Shown here piece after piece: positions 46,896-56,769 of a DNA stretch of 64,000 nucleotides (the stretch's first letter is position 1; every line of letters starts with the position of its first letter). A program made the translations under genes and the position numbers. The notes beneath the pieces were generated by a model. It saw only the letters and a program-made list of their open reading frames with translations. It was not told where the DNA came from and made no database searches. The DNA is from an uncultured bacterium (lineage in GTDB: Bacteria > Fermentibacterota > Fermentibacteria > Fermentibacterales > JCC-6), in the NCBI GenBank assembly GCA_964607515.1, contig CAZSKU010000012.1, positions 1,058 to 65,057 of the forward strand, read 5' to 3'.

Positions 46896-47708
46896 ATGAA
46901 AACGAAACACATTGCAGTGTCCGCCTCTCTCAGAAAAGCCGGTAAAACAATGCTGGCCCAGGGGCTAATCCGTCGCGCCTCCTCTTCCGGTCTGGTGTGC
47001 GGATATGTGAAGCTGAGGCGGAGGATGAACTCCCGGCCGGAGGTGTATCCCGGTCCAGGCACGTCCGGTTCGGACACCCACCGCTGTTCCGTGCCGGGGG
47101 CATCCTTCACCGCCCTGGTGGAGTATGGATCGCCGGATCAACTGGACGACCTCTTTCCCGAGTGGCTTCAGCGGTGCGATCTTGTGGTGTGGGAAACCAA
47201 CAGCGCGGTGGAACTCCTGGACCCCGATGTACTGGTTTTCATTGATATGGAAGGCACAGGATCCGGAAAGAATCCCGAGCTGGCCCTCCGTGCCGATCTC
47301 GTGGTGGAGGCCCCCCTCACGGAGGAACCCGGGGCGGTCCTGTGCGACCTCGTGCTGGAGCTGGCAGGCTTTCCGGGAATCAGGGCCGTTTCCACCGGCT
47401 TCAAATGCTGGCTGCGCACCGCCCGGGGACCGGTCCTGGGAACGGGCATAGCCCGGCTTCTCGGCCACATCGCCGAGTCCGGCAGCATCAGCTCGGGCTC
47501 CCGGCTGGCGGGGATATCGTACCGGAGGGCGTGGACGCTGCTCTCCCGGGCCGAAGCCAATCTCGGAGCCCGGCTGGTGACCAGAACCAGGGGAGGCAGG
47601 GACAGCGGCGGCAGCAGGTTGACCCTTCTGGCGCAGCGGCTGATCAAAGATTTCAAGATCCTGGAGGAGACCCTCCAGAAGACCCGAATGGATGTGGAGG
47701 AGAAGTGA
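46896..47708 (+). CDS. MobB-like domain (degenerate P-loop) fused to ModE-type winged-helix HTH; probable regulatory/accessory protein of the Moco operon
   Basis: N-terminus HIAVSASLRKAGKTMLAQGLIRR resembles the MobB GSGKTTL region. C-terminus GIARLLGHIAESGSISSGSRLAGISYRRAWTLLSRAEANLGARLVTRTRGG...LT matches the ModE N-terminal HTH. Confidence 0.55.
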   Translation: MKTKHIAVSASLRKAGKTMLAQGLIRRASSSGLVCGYVKLRRRMNSRPEVYPGPGTSGSDTHRCSVPGASFTALVEYGSPDQLDDLFPEWLQRCDLVVWETNSAVELLDPDVLVFIDMEGTGSGKNPELALRADLVVEAPLTEEPGAVLCDLVLELAGFPGIRAVSTGFKCWLRTARGPVLGTGIARLLGHIAESGSISSGSRLAGISYRRAWTLLSRAEANLGARLVTRTRGGRDSGGSRLTLLAQRLIKDFKILEETLQKTRMDVEEK

Positions 47709-48913
47709 TTTCCTTTGAAAAGGCCCTCGAAACGGTGCTTGCCCGGTCACTGAACCCGGGCCGTGAAGAGGTGGAGCTTTCCGCGGCGGTGGGAAGGGTG
47801 CTGGCGGAGGATGTCATCTCGGACATCGCCATGCCTCCCTTCGACAGGAGCGCCGTGGACGGTTTCGCTCTGACAGGCGAAGGAACGGCATTCCTACTGG
47901 CGGAAGAGATTGCCGCGGGACCCGGGACTCCTCCGCCGCTTGCGCCCGGCACCGCGGCGCCCATCATGACCGGAGCTCCGGTTCCGGAAGGGGCCGACCG
48001 GGTTGTCATGCGCGAGGACACGGCTGTCGCGGGGAACAGAATGACGGTGAACAGGCCGGTTCTTAGGGGGGCCAACGTTTGCCGGCGGGGCGAGGATATG
48101 CGGGAGGGCGGCATGGTCCGGGCTTCCGGAGATCCTGTCACCCCCGCCGCAGCCGGTGTCTGCGCCATGGCCGGAAGGACGTCCCTGCGGGTGTATCGCA
48201 GGCCGTCGGTGGCGTTGATCACGACCGGCGACGAGGTCATCGAGCCTGCCATGGTTCCCGGCCCCGGTCAGGTCCGCAACGCCAATGCGGTCCTGGGTGT
48301 CTCCGCCCTGTCCGCAGCAGGGTTCGGTTCCCTTCGCGCCATCCATTCCAACGACTCTCCCGCAGCGCTGCGGAATGCGGTGGAGGATGCCCTCGGCAGC
48401 GCCGACCTGTTGCTGGCCGCTGGAGGGGTCTCTCTGGGCTCCCGGGATTTCGTTCCCGTCGTGATGGAAGAAGCCGGTTTCGAGTTTCTTTTCAGGGAGG
48501 TGGCCCAGAAGCCCGGCAAACCCCTCTGCTTCGCGATCACAGCGGAAAAGGCCTTCTTCGGTCTTCCCGGGAATCCCGTCAGCGTTCTTGTGGCCCTGGA
48601 GGAGTTCGTCATTCCGTATCTGAGGAAATCCTCGGGTTTTGCCCATTTCATTAAGACGACCTATCGGGGGGTCCTTACCGACAACGTCAGGTGCAGGCCC
48701 GGCAGGTCCAACATCTTCAGGGCGGTGTGCCGCCCGGGTCCGGACGGCTTTCTTGTAACCGTCCCGGAAAGCCACGGTTCCGGCGACCTGATGAGCGCCG
48801 CCGGGGCCAACTGCCTGGTCCGGTTTCCGGCGGATTCCACCGGGGCGGCCGCCGGGGACCCGGTTCGTTTTTCCTTTATGTCGTCGGTCTTCGGGGAGTC
48901 GGTTTTCTCGTGA
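47705..48913 (+). CDS. moeA: molybdopterin molybdotransferase
   Basis: MoeA fold motifs: ISDIAMPPFDRSAVDGFAL, ITTGDEV, GGVSLGSRDF, FGLPGNPVS. GTGA overlap with the upstream gene. Confidence 0.9.
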   Translation: MISFEKALETVLARSLNPGREEVELSAAVGRVLAEDVISDIAMPPFDRSAVDGFALTGEGTAFLLAEEIAAGPGTPPPLAPGTAAPIMTGAPVPEGADRVVMREDTAVAGNRMTVNRPVLRGANVCRRGEDMREGGMVRASGDPVTPAAAGVCAMAGRTSLRVYRRPSVALITTGDEVIEPAMVPGPGQVRNANAVLGVSALSAAGFGSLRAIHSNDSPAALRNAVEDALGSADLLLAAGGVSLGSRDFVPVVMEEAGFEFLFREVAQKPGKPLCFAITAEKAFFGLPGNPVSVLVALEEFVIPYLRKSSGFAHFIKTTYRGVLTDNVRCRPGRSNIFRAVCRPGPDGFLVTVPESHGSGDLMSAAGANCLVRFPADSTGAAAGDPVRFSFMSSVFGESVFS

Positions 48914-49839
48914 CATCGGCGGTCCGGAGGCAACCCGACTACCTGCGCCTCTCGGTCACGGATCGGTGCAACCTCCGGTGCATCTACTGCATGCCTCCGG
49001 GGGGAGTGCCCGAGGTGGCCCACGGCGACCTTCTGACCCTCGAGCAGACGGCCCGGCTGGTATGGACCATTCATGGGGTGCTGGGGCTCAGGAAGGTAAG
49101 GATCACCGGCGGAGAGCCCCTGGTGAGGAAGGGTGTGGCCGGCCTGATTTCCATCCTTCCCCGGGACCCGGAGATTGCCATGACCACCAACGGCATGCTG
49201 TTGTGCGAACGTGTCGAGGAGCTGGCTGTGAACGGGCTTTCCCGGGTCAACGTGAGCCTCGACAGTCTCAGGGACGACGTCCTGAGGATGATCACCCGGC
49301 GGGAAGCCAGTCTGGAGGCCGTTGAAAGGGGGATACGGTGCGCCCAGAGGGCGGGGCTCGCACCGGTGAAGGTGAATTGCGTGGTCCTGAGGGGTATAAA
49401 CGACGGCGAGCTGGCCCGGATGGTGGAATGGGGGGCCCGGATGGGGGTCCACGTGAGGTTCATCGAACACATGCCCCTGGCGGAGGGCGACCCGGTTCGG
49501 GAAACCGTGTTCCGGGATGAGATAGCCGAACTGGCGGGGGGAGGCTTTCCGGAGGGAGTGTCAGGCACCGAGGAGACCTGGACGAGGGGGGACGGATTGA
49601 GTTTTGGCGTTATCTCCCCCGTCTCGGGAAACCTCTGCAGGGAGTGCCGGAGGGTTAGGCTCACCGCCCAGGGGGTTTTCATGCCATGTCTTTCAGGCGT
49701 CGGGAAGGTTGACCTGAAGCCTCTGGTCCTATCCGGCGCCGGGCGGGAGGAAATCGAAAGGGCGGTGACTGAGGCGGTGAACAGGAAGCCTGAGCGGGGG
49801 GACTGCCGATCCCTGCCCATGTGGAGCATAGGAGGATGA
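48910..49839 (+). CDS. moaA: GTP 3',8-cyclase
   Basis: LRLSVTDRCNLRCIYCMP radical-SAM cluster, plus C-terminal cysteines CRECRRVRLTAQGVFMPC. Confidence 0.92.
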   Translation: MTSAVRRQPDYLRLSVTDRCNLRCIYCMPPGGVPEVAHGDLLTLEQTARLVWTIHGVLGLRKVRITGGEPLVRKGVAGLISILPRDPEIAMTTNGMLLCERVEELAVNGLSRVNVSLDSLRDDVLRMITRREASLEAVERGIRCAQRAGLAPVKVNCVVLRGINDGELARMVEWGARMGVHVRFIEHMPLAEGDPVRETVFRDEIAELAGGGFPEGVSGTEETWTRGDGLSFGVISPVSGNLCRECRRVRLTAQGVFMPCLSGVGKVDLKPLVLSGAGREEIERAVTEAVNRKPERGDCRSLPMWSIGG

Positions 49840-50312
49840 CCATGCCGGAGAACGGGCTTCATTTCGACGATTCGGGCAGACCCAGAATGGTGGACGTGAC
49901 AGGGAAGGGGGTTACCGCCCGAACCGCGTCGGCCCGGGGTGAGATTATTCTGGGGCGGGCGGCGATGGAGGCCCTCGGGGCTCCCACGAAAGGGCCGGTG
50001 GAAACGACCGCGGCCATCGCAGGCATACAGGCCGCCAAGAGAACCTGGGAACTCATTCCCCTCTGCCATCCCCTTCCTCTGGACAAGGTCGACGTCCGTT
50101 TTCAGATTGAGGCTGATTCACTGGTATGCACATGCTCGGTGAAGGGTGAAGCCAGGACCGGCTACGAGATGGAAGCCCTCACCGGAGTTACCGTGGCGCT
50201 TCTCACCGTGTACGACATGCTGAAAGCCGTGGACCGGGATATGGTTATCATGGGTGTGAGGCTGGTTTCGAAGACCGGCGGGAAGAGCGGAGACTGGAGG
50301 CGCTCCGAATGA
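49836..50312 (+). CDS. moaC: cyclic pyranopterin monophosphate synthase
   Basis: MVDVTGKGVTARTA...IPLCHPLPLDKVDV...TGVTVALLTVYDMLKA. RBS AGGAGG. Confidence 0.92.
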   Translation: MTMPENGLHFDDSGRPRMVDVTGKGVTARTASARGEIILGRAAMEALGAPTKGPVETTAAIAGIQAAKRTWELIPLCHPLPLDKVDVRFQIEADSLVCTCSVKGEARTGYEMEALTGVTVALLTVYDMLKAVDRDMVIMGVRLVSKTGGKSGDWRRSE

Positions 50313-50803
50313 GTCCGTCCGGAACCTCCTTTTCGGTGCTTACCGTGAGTGATTCCTGTTCGGCGGGGGAGAGGGAAGACCTGAGCGGTCCCGAAATAGT
50401 CCGCATTCTTTCCTGTGCAGGGTACTCTCCGGTGGAGCTGGCGGTGGTTCCCGACGGCATCGAGCCCGTATCCGAAGCCCTGTCCAGGCTGTGCAAAGAC
50501 GCATCCCTGGTGCTCACCACCGGCGGCACGGGTTTCTCCCCCAGGGACTTCACCCCCGAAGCCACCGCGTCGGTTTGTGAACGGCTGGTCCCTGGAATAC
50601 CCGAAATGCTTCGGGCCAGGTCAGCCATGAAGACTCCCGCCGCCTGGCTGGGGCGCGGATGCGCCGGGATCAGGGGCGAAACCCTGGTGGTCAACCTGCC
50701 GGGAAGCGTGAAGGCCGTCGGAGAGTGTCTCGAGTTCCTGCTTCCCCTGCTTCCCCACGCCCTGGAAATCCTCCGGGGCATGGCCGGACGCTGCGGGGGC
50801 TGA
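50309..50803 (+). CDS. mog: molybdopterin adenylyltransferase (MogA/MoaB family)
   Basis: LVLTTGGTGFSPRDFTPEAT...GIRGETLVVNLPGS. Confidence 0.85.
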   Translation: MSPSGTSFSVLTVSDSCSAGEREDLSGPEIVRILSCAGYSPVELAVVPDGIEPVSEALSRLCKDASLVLTTGGTGFSPRDFTPEATASVCERLVPGIPEMLRARSAMKTPAAWLGRGCAGIRGETLVVNLPGSVKAVGECLEFLLPLLPHALEILRGMAGRCGG

Positions 50804-50871
50804 GAGCTTGTCTTTCATCGTCACAGATTTTATGTATTTGAACAGACGGTCAGTGATGATGGAGGCAGGCA

Positions 50872-53058
50872 TTGGCTTTTCTACCGGTCGCTACCCTTCG
50901 AATACTGCTGATTCTGGGAGTTCACAGGATATCCAACCAGTGGATGGAACTGGTGGTGACCGACGACTGCTCCCGGGGCTGTCCGGGATCGGTCATGTCC
51001 CTGGTGGACCTGACATCCGGGATAGACCTGGTAACCCCGGGGCAGGAATTCTCCGCGGTAACGCTGGGCGATTGCAGACCCATGCCTGGAGAAGTGTACT
51101 TCACGGATTCCACAGCGGTCTTCGTATCCCCTGGCATTTCAGGGCCGTCGGGGAACGTGCCGGTTTCGGTCAGCATCTCTTACACCCTTGTGGAAAGAGA
51201 TCTGGAGATCGTCTACCGCCTGCAGTTCCTGCAGGACGTGGAATTGACGGAACCTCTGGAGGCCGTCTTCGGCATTCGAGGCTGGGAGCAGGTTTTCATC
51301 GAGAACCAGACCGGTCCGGACGACTCCTTCCCCCTTGACGGCAGCACGGGATTCCAGCGATTCAGCGGAAGCCAGATCGTCCGGCTGTCCGGAGGAACGA
51401 AACCCGGGACGATGTTCCTCTTTCCCATCGTGCCCAAGGGGATATTCCGGATAGAAGACTCCGGATGTCCGGAGATCGGCCTCCTCTTCTTCGACACCGA
51501 CCTTCCCAGGGAGAACTGCCAGGGGCCGGTCCTTCACTCGCTTGTGCCCGGCGGCGAGTCCAGGGAGTACTTCGCGAAGATCATCCTCGACCCCGGGTTC
51601 CGGCCCGTCTTCGTGGGGAATCACCCGGACGGGTACGAGCGAACCGCCTCCTGGATGATGGACGAACTCCCGTTCATCCATCCTGAGCAGGGCTACATCT
51701 GGGGATATTCCGAGACGCCGGACGGTCCCGAACCGGTCTCCGCGTCCATGATCAGGCTTCTCGAGGAGCATCCGGGGCTGAAGATGGACTGGCTGATCCT
51801 TCCCGACGCTATTCTCACACCCAACCGCGACTCAGCCTGGGCGGAACCCGGCTGGGAATGGAGCTGGTCCCACTGGCACTGTACCTGGCGCATCTGCACC
51901 GAGGCCCCCGCGGAATACGTGCAGTGGCTCCGGAACATTCAGAGCCACGTGTACCCGTGGTCCGAAAGGATCACCATGGGGTGCCACGGATACCACCACA
52001 CACCCAATGCCGATTCATCCTTCGGGGAGTTCCACGAGTTCATAACCTACGAGCCCTGGGAGCACCAGGAGAGGCTGTCCATGGCCATGGCGGACATCGC
52101 CGCGATGGGGCTGGATACGAACATGGTGAACGTGATCCGATTCCCCGGCCACAGAACTTCCCTCAGCGGGTTGTGGTCGGTGATAGATCACGGATTCGTC
52201 TTCTACTGCAACGGCTTCAGACCCTACGACTGCTTCGCCGGGGAGCAGTTCTGGAACCAGTGGATAACAATGTTCCAGACTCCCCGGGGTAGAATATGGG
52301 GTTCGAACACCGTCTGGTGGGCCGACATGGGGCAGTCCTACCTGTACGATTTCCTCAGTGTCGTAATGGATCGGGGGAAGTTCGGTCTGCTTGGAACGCA
52401 CCCGATCGGCATGCTGGCTGGAGGAGAGGACCCCGAGGCCTACCACAGGATAGACAGCGTCCTGACGTCCCTGGAGGAGGACTACCCCCATTTCGGCTGG
52501 CTGCTGCCCATCGAGTATGGATCACATCTCGAGGCCTGCTACAACATATCCGTCCGGGGTGTCCGCAACCACGGCGGAATCCTGAGAATGGCGCTCGACG
52601 GCGAAATCCCACAAGGTCTCACCTTCTGTGCCCTCCTCGATCCGCGGGACGTGGTGGAACTGGTCACCCTGGACGGTCTACCGCTGGACTGGGAGGTGAG
52701 GGACGGATGCCGGCTCTTCGCAGTGTCGAACCGGCGGGATCCCGGAGAGCATCTTCTGGAGATCCGGCTGAATCCGGAGAGGTTCGACAATCCCGATTAC
52801 TCGGCTGCATCGCTGATCTCCGTGAATCCCTCTTTATCCGGGAATCTCCGGATCGGAGTGCTCGGCGGACCGCCGTCGGAACCGGTGCCCGTCAGGGTTT
52901 TCGATCTGGCGGGAAGGATGGTGTTCAGCGGCGACGTGGACATGAGTTCCGGAAGGGCTTCCATTCGGGTCCCGGGAGGCCTTCCCTCCGGGGTTTACGC
53001 GGTCAGGGCGGTCATAGCCGGCAGCCCCTGCTCCGCGGAGGCGGTGCTGCTGCGCTGA
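50872..53058 (+). CDS. secreted protein with C-terminal T9SS-type sorting domain (Por_Secre_tail-like); catalytic region possibly polysaccharide deacetylase/glycoside-hydrolase-like
   Basis: N-terminal hydrophobic leader. The last ~80 aa (VNPSLSGNLRIGV...VRVFDLAGRMVFSGDVDMSSGRASIRVPGGLPSGVYAVRAVIAGSPCSAEAVLLR) match the T9SS CTD profile. The body carries His-rich motifs (CHGYHHTPNAD). Confidence 0.6.
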   Translation: MAFLPVATLRILLILGVHRISNQWMELVVTDDCSRGCPGSVMSLVDLTSGIDLVTPGQEFSAVTLGDCRPMPGEVYFTDSTAVFVSPGISGPSGNVPVSVSISYTLVERDLEIVYRLQFLQDVELTEPLEAVFGIRGWEQVFIENQTGPDDSFPLDGSTGFQRFSGSQIVRLSGGTKPGTMFLFPIVPKGIFRIEDSGCPEIGLLFFDTDLPRENCQGPVLHSLVPGGESREYFAKIILDPGFRPVFVGNHPDGYERTASWMMDELPFIHPEQGYIWGYSETPDGPEPVSASMIRLLEEHPGLKMDWLILPDAILTPNRDSAWAEPGWEWSWSHWHCTWRICTEAPAEYVQWLRNIQSHVYPWSERITMGCHGYHHTPNADSSFGEFHEFITYEPWEHQERLSMAMADIAAMGLDTNMVNVIRFPGHRTSLSGLWSVIDHGFVFYCNGFRPYDCFAGEQFWNQWITMFQTPRGRIWGSNTVWWADMGQSYLYDFLSVVMDRGKFGLLGTHPIGMLAGGEDPEAYHRIDSVLTSLEEDYPHFGWLLPIEYGSHLEACYNISVRGVRNHGGILRMALDGEIPQGLTFCALLDPRDVVELVTLDGLPLDWEVRDGCRLFAVSNRRDPGEHLLEIRLNPERFDNPDYSAASLISVNPSLSGNLRIGVLGGPPSEPVPVRVFDLAGRMVFSGDVDMSSGRASIRVPGGLPSGVYAVRAVIAGSPCSAEAVLLR

Positions 53059-55749
53059 TCAGTCCCGGCTGCCGTTTATCTCCTTCCACACCTCCACCAG
53101 CCCCTCCTCCCCGGGTTCCTGGCTCCAGCGCCTGTTCACGAAAAGGTTCACCATCCTGTTGTTGGATGAGGTGGTCTGAGCCTCTATCCGTCTGGCTCCC
53201 CAGTCCCTGGCTATCTTCTCGCAGAAGTCCGTGAGGATTCCCCCGAGGCCCATGTTCTGCCAGGGGTCGCCCACCAGAACCGCGTACTCGGCGGTTTCCA
53301 TTCCCGGATCCGCCACCAGCCTTCCCACTCCGAGGAGCTTTCTGGCGCCGTCGTGTTCCAGCTCCGCCACGATTGCCAGTTCCCTGTCATAGTCTATGTA
53401 GCAGTGTCTGACAGCCGCCTCGTGGGTTGCCCAGTGGTAGAAGAACCTGAACCTGGAGTAGATGGATTCCCGGGAGCAGGAGCCCAGCAGCTCCAGCCAC
53501 ATGGGTTCGTCCTCCGGGCGGATCGGCCGCAGGAGCACCCGGGTGCCGTCCTTCATGACCGCGGTTTCCACGAACTCTTCCGGATAGGGCCGCAGCGCCA
53601 GGTGACCGAAGGGTTTTCCGGGTACTGCGCCGGGGTCCACCAGTGCCCTGGCGTCCAGGGCAAGAGCGCCGTTTTCATCGACCAGCAGCGGGTTGATGTC
53701 CATCTCCCTGATCGCCGGGTTGTCGCTGGCGATGTAGGAGAGCCTCATCACGGTGGTGACAAGGGCGTCCATGTCCACCCCGGGCCTTCCCCGGTAGCCC
53801 TTCAGCAGAGGCAGTATTCGAAGCTGCTCCAGCATCCGCATCACCAGGGTCTCGTTCAGCGGCGGGAACCCCAGGGCCCTGTCTTCAAGGATCTCCGCGT
53901 TGACCCCCCCGGCTCCCAGCATGATCACCGAACCGAACACCGGATCCCGCTTGAAGCCCGCTATCATCTCCACACCCTGGAAGACGTTGGCCATCTTCTG
54001 CACCGTAACCCCCCGGATAAGCGCTCCCGGCTTCCATTCCGCAGCCCTCTTCACGATCCTGTCGAAAGCCGTCCTCACCTGAAGGTGGTCTTCGAGGTTC
54101 AGCTCCACGCCGCCCGCCTCGGATTTGTGCGTGATGTCCGGGGAATCGAGCTTCAGCACCACCGGGTATCCCGTTTTCTCCGCGGCGGCCACCGCATCGT
54201 CAGGCCCCTTCGCAGGCACCGGCAGGGTGGAGGAAATCCCGTAGAACTCGAGGATACGCTTGGAGTCGGTCTCCGATAGCATTTTCGTGTTCTGCGCGGG
54301 AAGACCGTCGAGGAAAGCTGAAGCTTTGCCGCGGCCTTCCGAAAGATCGAGCCTGATGTCCCGGGGAGTCTGGTGAAGGGATTCTAGGTTGCGGGAATAA
54401 CTCACCAGAGTCATGAAAGCTTCGACGGCCTGTTCAGGGGTGTCGTAGACCGGAATACCGCACTCAGCAAGTATCCTGGCTCCCTCCCTGACCGTCTCTC
54501 CCCCCATCCAGGCCGCCAGAACGGGCTTCCTTGAGCTTTCCGAGAGCTTGCCAATGGATTTAGCGACACCGTCGGGTTTTGTCATGGCCTGGGGTGTAAG
54601 GATCACCAGCAGCGCGTCCACCCCCTTGTCCGCCAGAACCAGAGAGGATGCCTTCTCATAGCGCTTCGTGTTGGCGTCACCCAGGATGTCCACCGGGTTC
54701 CCGCCGGACCAGAAGCCCGGAAGGCACTCGTCCAGTGCGGACACGGTCTCTCCGGACAACTCCGCAAGCGACCCGTTTCCCGCCATGAGCGCGTCCACCG
54801 CCATCACACCGGGACCTCCGGCATTGGACACTATTCCCAGCCTTGGTCCCTTTGGAATCCTCTTTCGCCCGATGAGTTCGGCGCATCCGAATATTCCGCC
54901 CACGTTAAGCACCCGGGCCATGCCCGCCCGGGAGAAGGCCGCGTCGTACACCGAATCCTCCGAGACCATGGCCCCCGTATGGGAAGCGGCCACGGCGGCG
55001 GATCTGGGAAAACGGCCCGCCTTGTACACGATGATGGGTTTTGTTCTGGCGAACGCCCTGGAGGCGGTCATGAACCTTCTGGCCCTGGTCACCGATTCCA
55101 CGTAGAGGATTATGGATTCGGTGGACTCGTCTTCGCCGAAGTAGTCAATCAGGTCGGCGAAATCAACATCCAGGGCATTTCCCACCGAGACGAAGGCCGA
55201 GAAGCCGATTTTTTCCTGCCTGGCCCAGTCCAGCACCGAGGTGCACAGTGCGCCGGACTGGCTGATGAAGGCCACGCTTCCCTTTTCAGGCATGGCGGGG
55301 GCGAAGCTGGCGTTGAGGTTCGCCGAAGGGACTATGACCCCCAGGCAGTTGGGCCCAAGCACCCTCATCTCAGGATTGTCCCTGAGTATGCCCTCCAGGT
55401 TCCGCTGCATGGCAGCCCCTTCGGGCCCTGATTCCCCGAAGCCGGCGGACATGATGATGACGCCTCTGACGCCGGCCGCGGCACACTCCCTCAGGATGCC
55501 CTCCACCTCGCCCGCCGGGGAACACACCGTCACCAGGTCGGGAGTTCTGGGAAGGGACCCGATGGATGGGTAGCATGGAACCCCCAGGACCGCTTCGCTG
55601 CCGGGATTCACAGGGTACACCACACCCCGGAAGGCGCTCCCCACCAGGTTCCTCAAAACCCTCCCCCCGACGCTGTTGGGGTTGATGGTGACTCCGGTGA
55701 TGGCGATTCTCGTGGGTTTCAGAATGCTGTCCAGACCGTGAACGTTCAT
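53059..55749 (-). CDS. Pat/YfiQ-like protein acetyltransferase (NDP-forming acyl-CoA synthetase alpha/beta domains fused to C-terminal GNAT)
   Basis: CoA-binding and ligase-CoA domains, an ATP-grasp region, and a C-terminal GNAT (VGRLVADPGMETAEYAVLVGDPWQNMGLGG). I chose the internal start MNVHGLD, which has GGAGG 9 nt upstream. Confidence 0.8.
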   Translation of the reverse strand: MNVHGLDSILKPTRIAITGVTINPNSVGGRVLRNLVGSAFRGVVYPVNPGSEAVLGVPCYPSIGSLPRTPDLVTVCSPAGEVEGILRECAAAGVRGVIIMSAGFGESGPEGAAMQRNLEGILRDNPEMRVLGPNCLGVIVPSANLNASFAPAMPEKGSVAFISQSGALCTSVLDWARQEKIGFSAFVSVGNALDVDFADLIDYFGEDESTESIILYVESVTRARRFMTASRAFARTKPIIVYKAGRFPRSAAVAASHTGAMVSEDSVYDAAFSRAGMARVLNVGGIFGCAELIGRKRIPKGPRLGIVSNAGGPGVMAVDALMAGNGSLAELSGETVSALDECLPGFWSGGNPVDILGDANTKRYEKASSLVLADKGVDALLVILTPQAMTKPDGVAKSIGKLSESSRKPVLAAWMGGETVREGARILAECGIPVYDTPEQAVEAFMTLVSYSRNLESLHQTPRDIRLDLSEGRGKASAFLDGLPAQNTKMLSETDSKRILEFYGISSTLPVPAKGPDDAVAAAEKTGYPVVLKLDSPDITHKSEAGGVELNLEDHLQVRTAFDRIVKRAAEWKPGALIRGVTVQKMANVFQGVEMIAGFKRDPVFGSVIMLGAGGVNAEILEDRALGFPPLNETLVMRMLEQLRILPLLKGYRGRPGVDMDALVTTVMRLSYIASDNPAIREMDINPLLVDENGALALDARALVDPGAVPGKPFGHLALRPYPEEFVETAVMKDGTRVLLRPIRPEDEPMWLELLGSCSRESIYSRFRFFYHWATHEAAVRHCYIDYDRELAIVAELEHDGARKLLGVGRLVADPGMETAEYAVLVGDPWQNMGLGGILTDFCEKIARDWGARRIEAQTTSSNNRMVNLFVNRRWSQEPGEEGLVEVWKEINGSRD

Positions 55750-55892
55750 GCTTGATGCCTCCGGTGGAGCGGAACTATTCCGATTAAGGGAATACACTGG
55801 TTCCTTTGCCGGAAATATGTTCACACCTGTTGCCCGGGGAGGTATGTCATCTGAAACGGAACATTGCATCGAGCCGGGAGTCCGCCCCCAAG

Positions 55893-56717
55893 ATGCTGCT
55901 CCTGTTGGCTGCCGCGGTATGGGGGCTGGCCTTCACCGCACAGAGGGCCGGAATGGAGCACATGGGTCCCCTGGCGTTCAACGGATTGCGGTTCCTGCTG
56001 GGCTCCCTGGTGCTGATTCCGTTCTTCCGGTCGGGAGTGACCCGGAGGATTCTTCGACCCTCCCTTGCCGCGGGCCTCCTGCTGTTTTGCGGCGCCTCAC
56101 TTCAACAGTGGGGAATAGTTCACACCACCGCCTCCAGGGCGGGATTCATAACAGGGCTGTACATCGTGTTCGTGCCACTGATAGGAGCCCTCCAAGGCGA
56201 CCGCGAGCCCGCGACCGCGTGGGCGGGATTCTGGGTGTCTCTCGCGGGGCTTTACCTTCTGAGTTTCAGGGGGGGGTTCGGAGCGGTGAATCCGGGCGAT
56301 GTGCTGGTCCTTTTGGGGGCATTGGCCTGGGCCTTTCACGTCCGCCTCATCGGATCCCTGGCGGGTTCCCATCCGCCGGGAAGCCTTGCCCTCTGCCAGT
56401 TCGCCGTGTGCGGCCTTCTCAGTCTCCTTTCGGCGGTGGCGGCGGGAGAGTCGTTCCGGGGCGTCCCGCGGACCCTGCTTCCCCTGGGCTACAGTGGATT
56501 TTTGTCGGTGGGCCTTGCCTTCACCCTCCAGGTGTTCGGCCAGAAACGGGTCAGACCTTCAGCCGCCGGCTCCATCATGGCTCTGGAGTCGGTCTTCGCC
56601 GCCCTGGGAGGGTGGCTGGTGCTGGGGGAATCGTTCACCTCCGTCGAGGCAGCCGGGTGCTTCCTGATGTTCTCTGGAACCCTTCTGGCTGCGGGAGGTT
56701 CGGGCTCCCCTCATTGA
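55893..56717 (+). CDS. DMT-superfamily (EamA-like) transporter
   Basis: About 10 TM helices with the two-EamA-repeat pattern. Confidence 0.75.
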   Translation: MLLLLAAAVWGLAFTAQRAGMEHMGPLAFNGLRFLLGSLVLIPFFRSGVTRRILRPSLAAGLLLFCGASLQQWGIVHTTASRAGFITGLYIVFVPLIGALQGDREPATAWAGFWVSLAGLYLLSFRGGFGAVNPGDVLVLLGALAWAFHVRLIGSLAGSHPPGSLALCQFAVCGLLSLLSAVAAGESFRGVPRTLLPLGYSGFLSVGLAFTLQVFGQKRVRPSAAGSIMALESVFAALGGWLVLGESFTSVEAAGCFLMFSGTLLAAGGSGSPH

Positions 56718-56769
56718 CCGCGGCCCCCTGCACTCTTATTCATGCTCGAAGCGCCGGGAGGCCTGATAG

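Noticed and set aside
55750-55869. 40-aa N-terminal extension of the Pat-like gene
   Set aside because: The internal ATG at 55749 has GGAGG at optimal spacing. The extension would overlap the divergent EamA promoter region.
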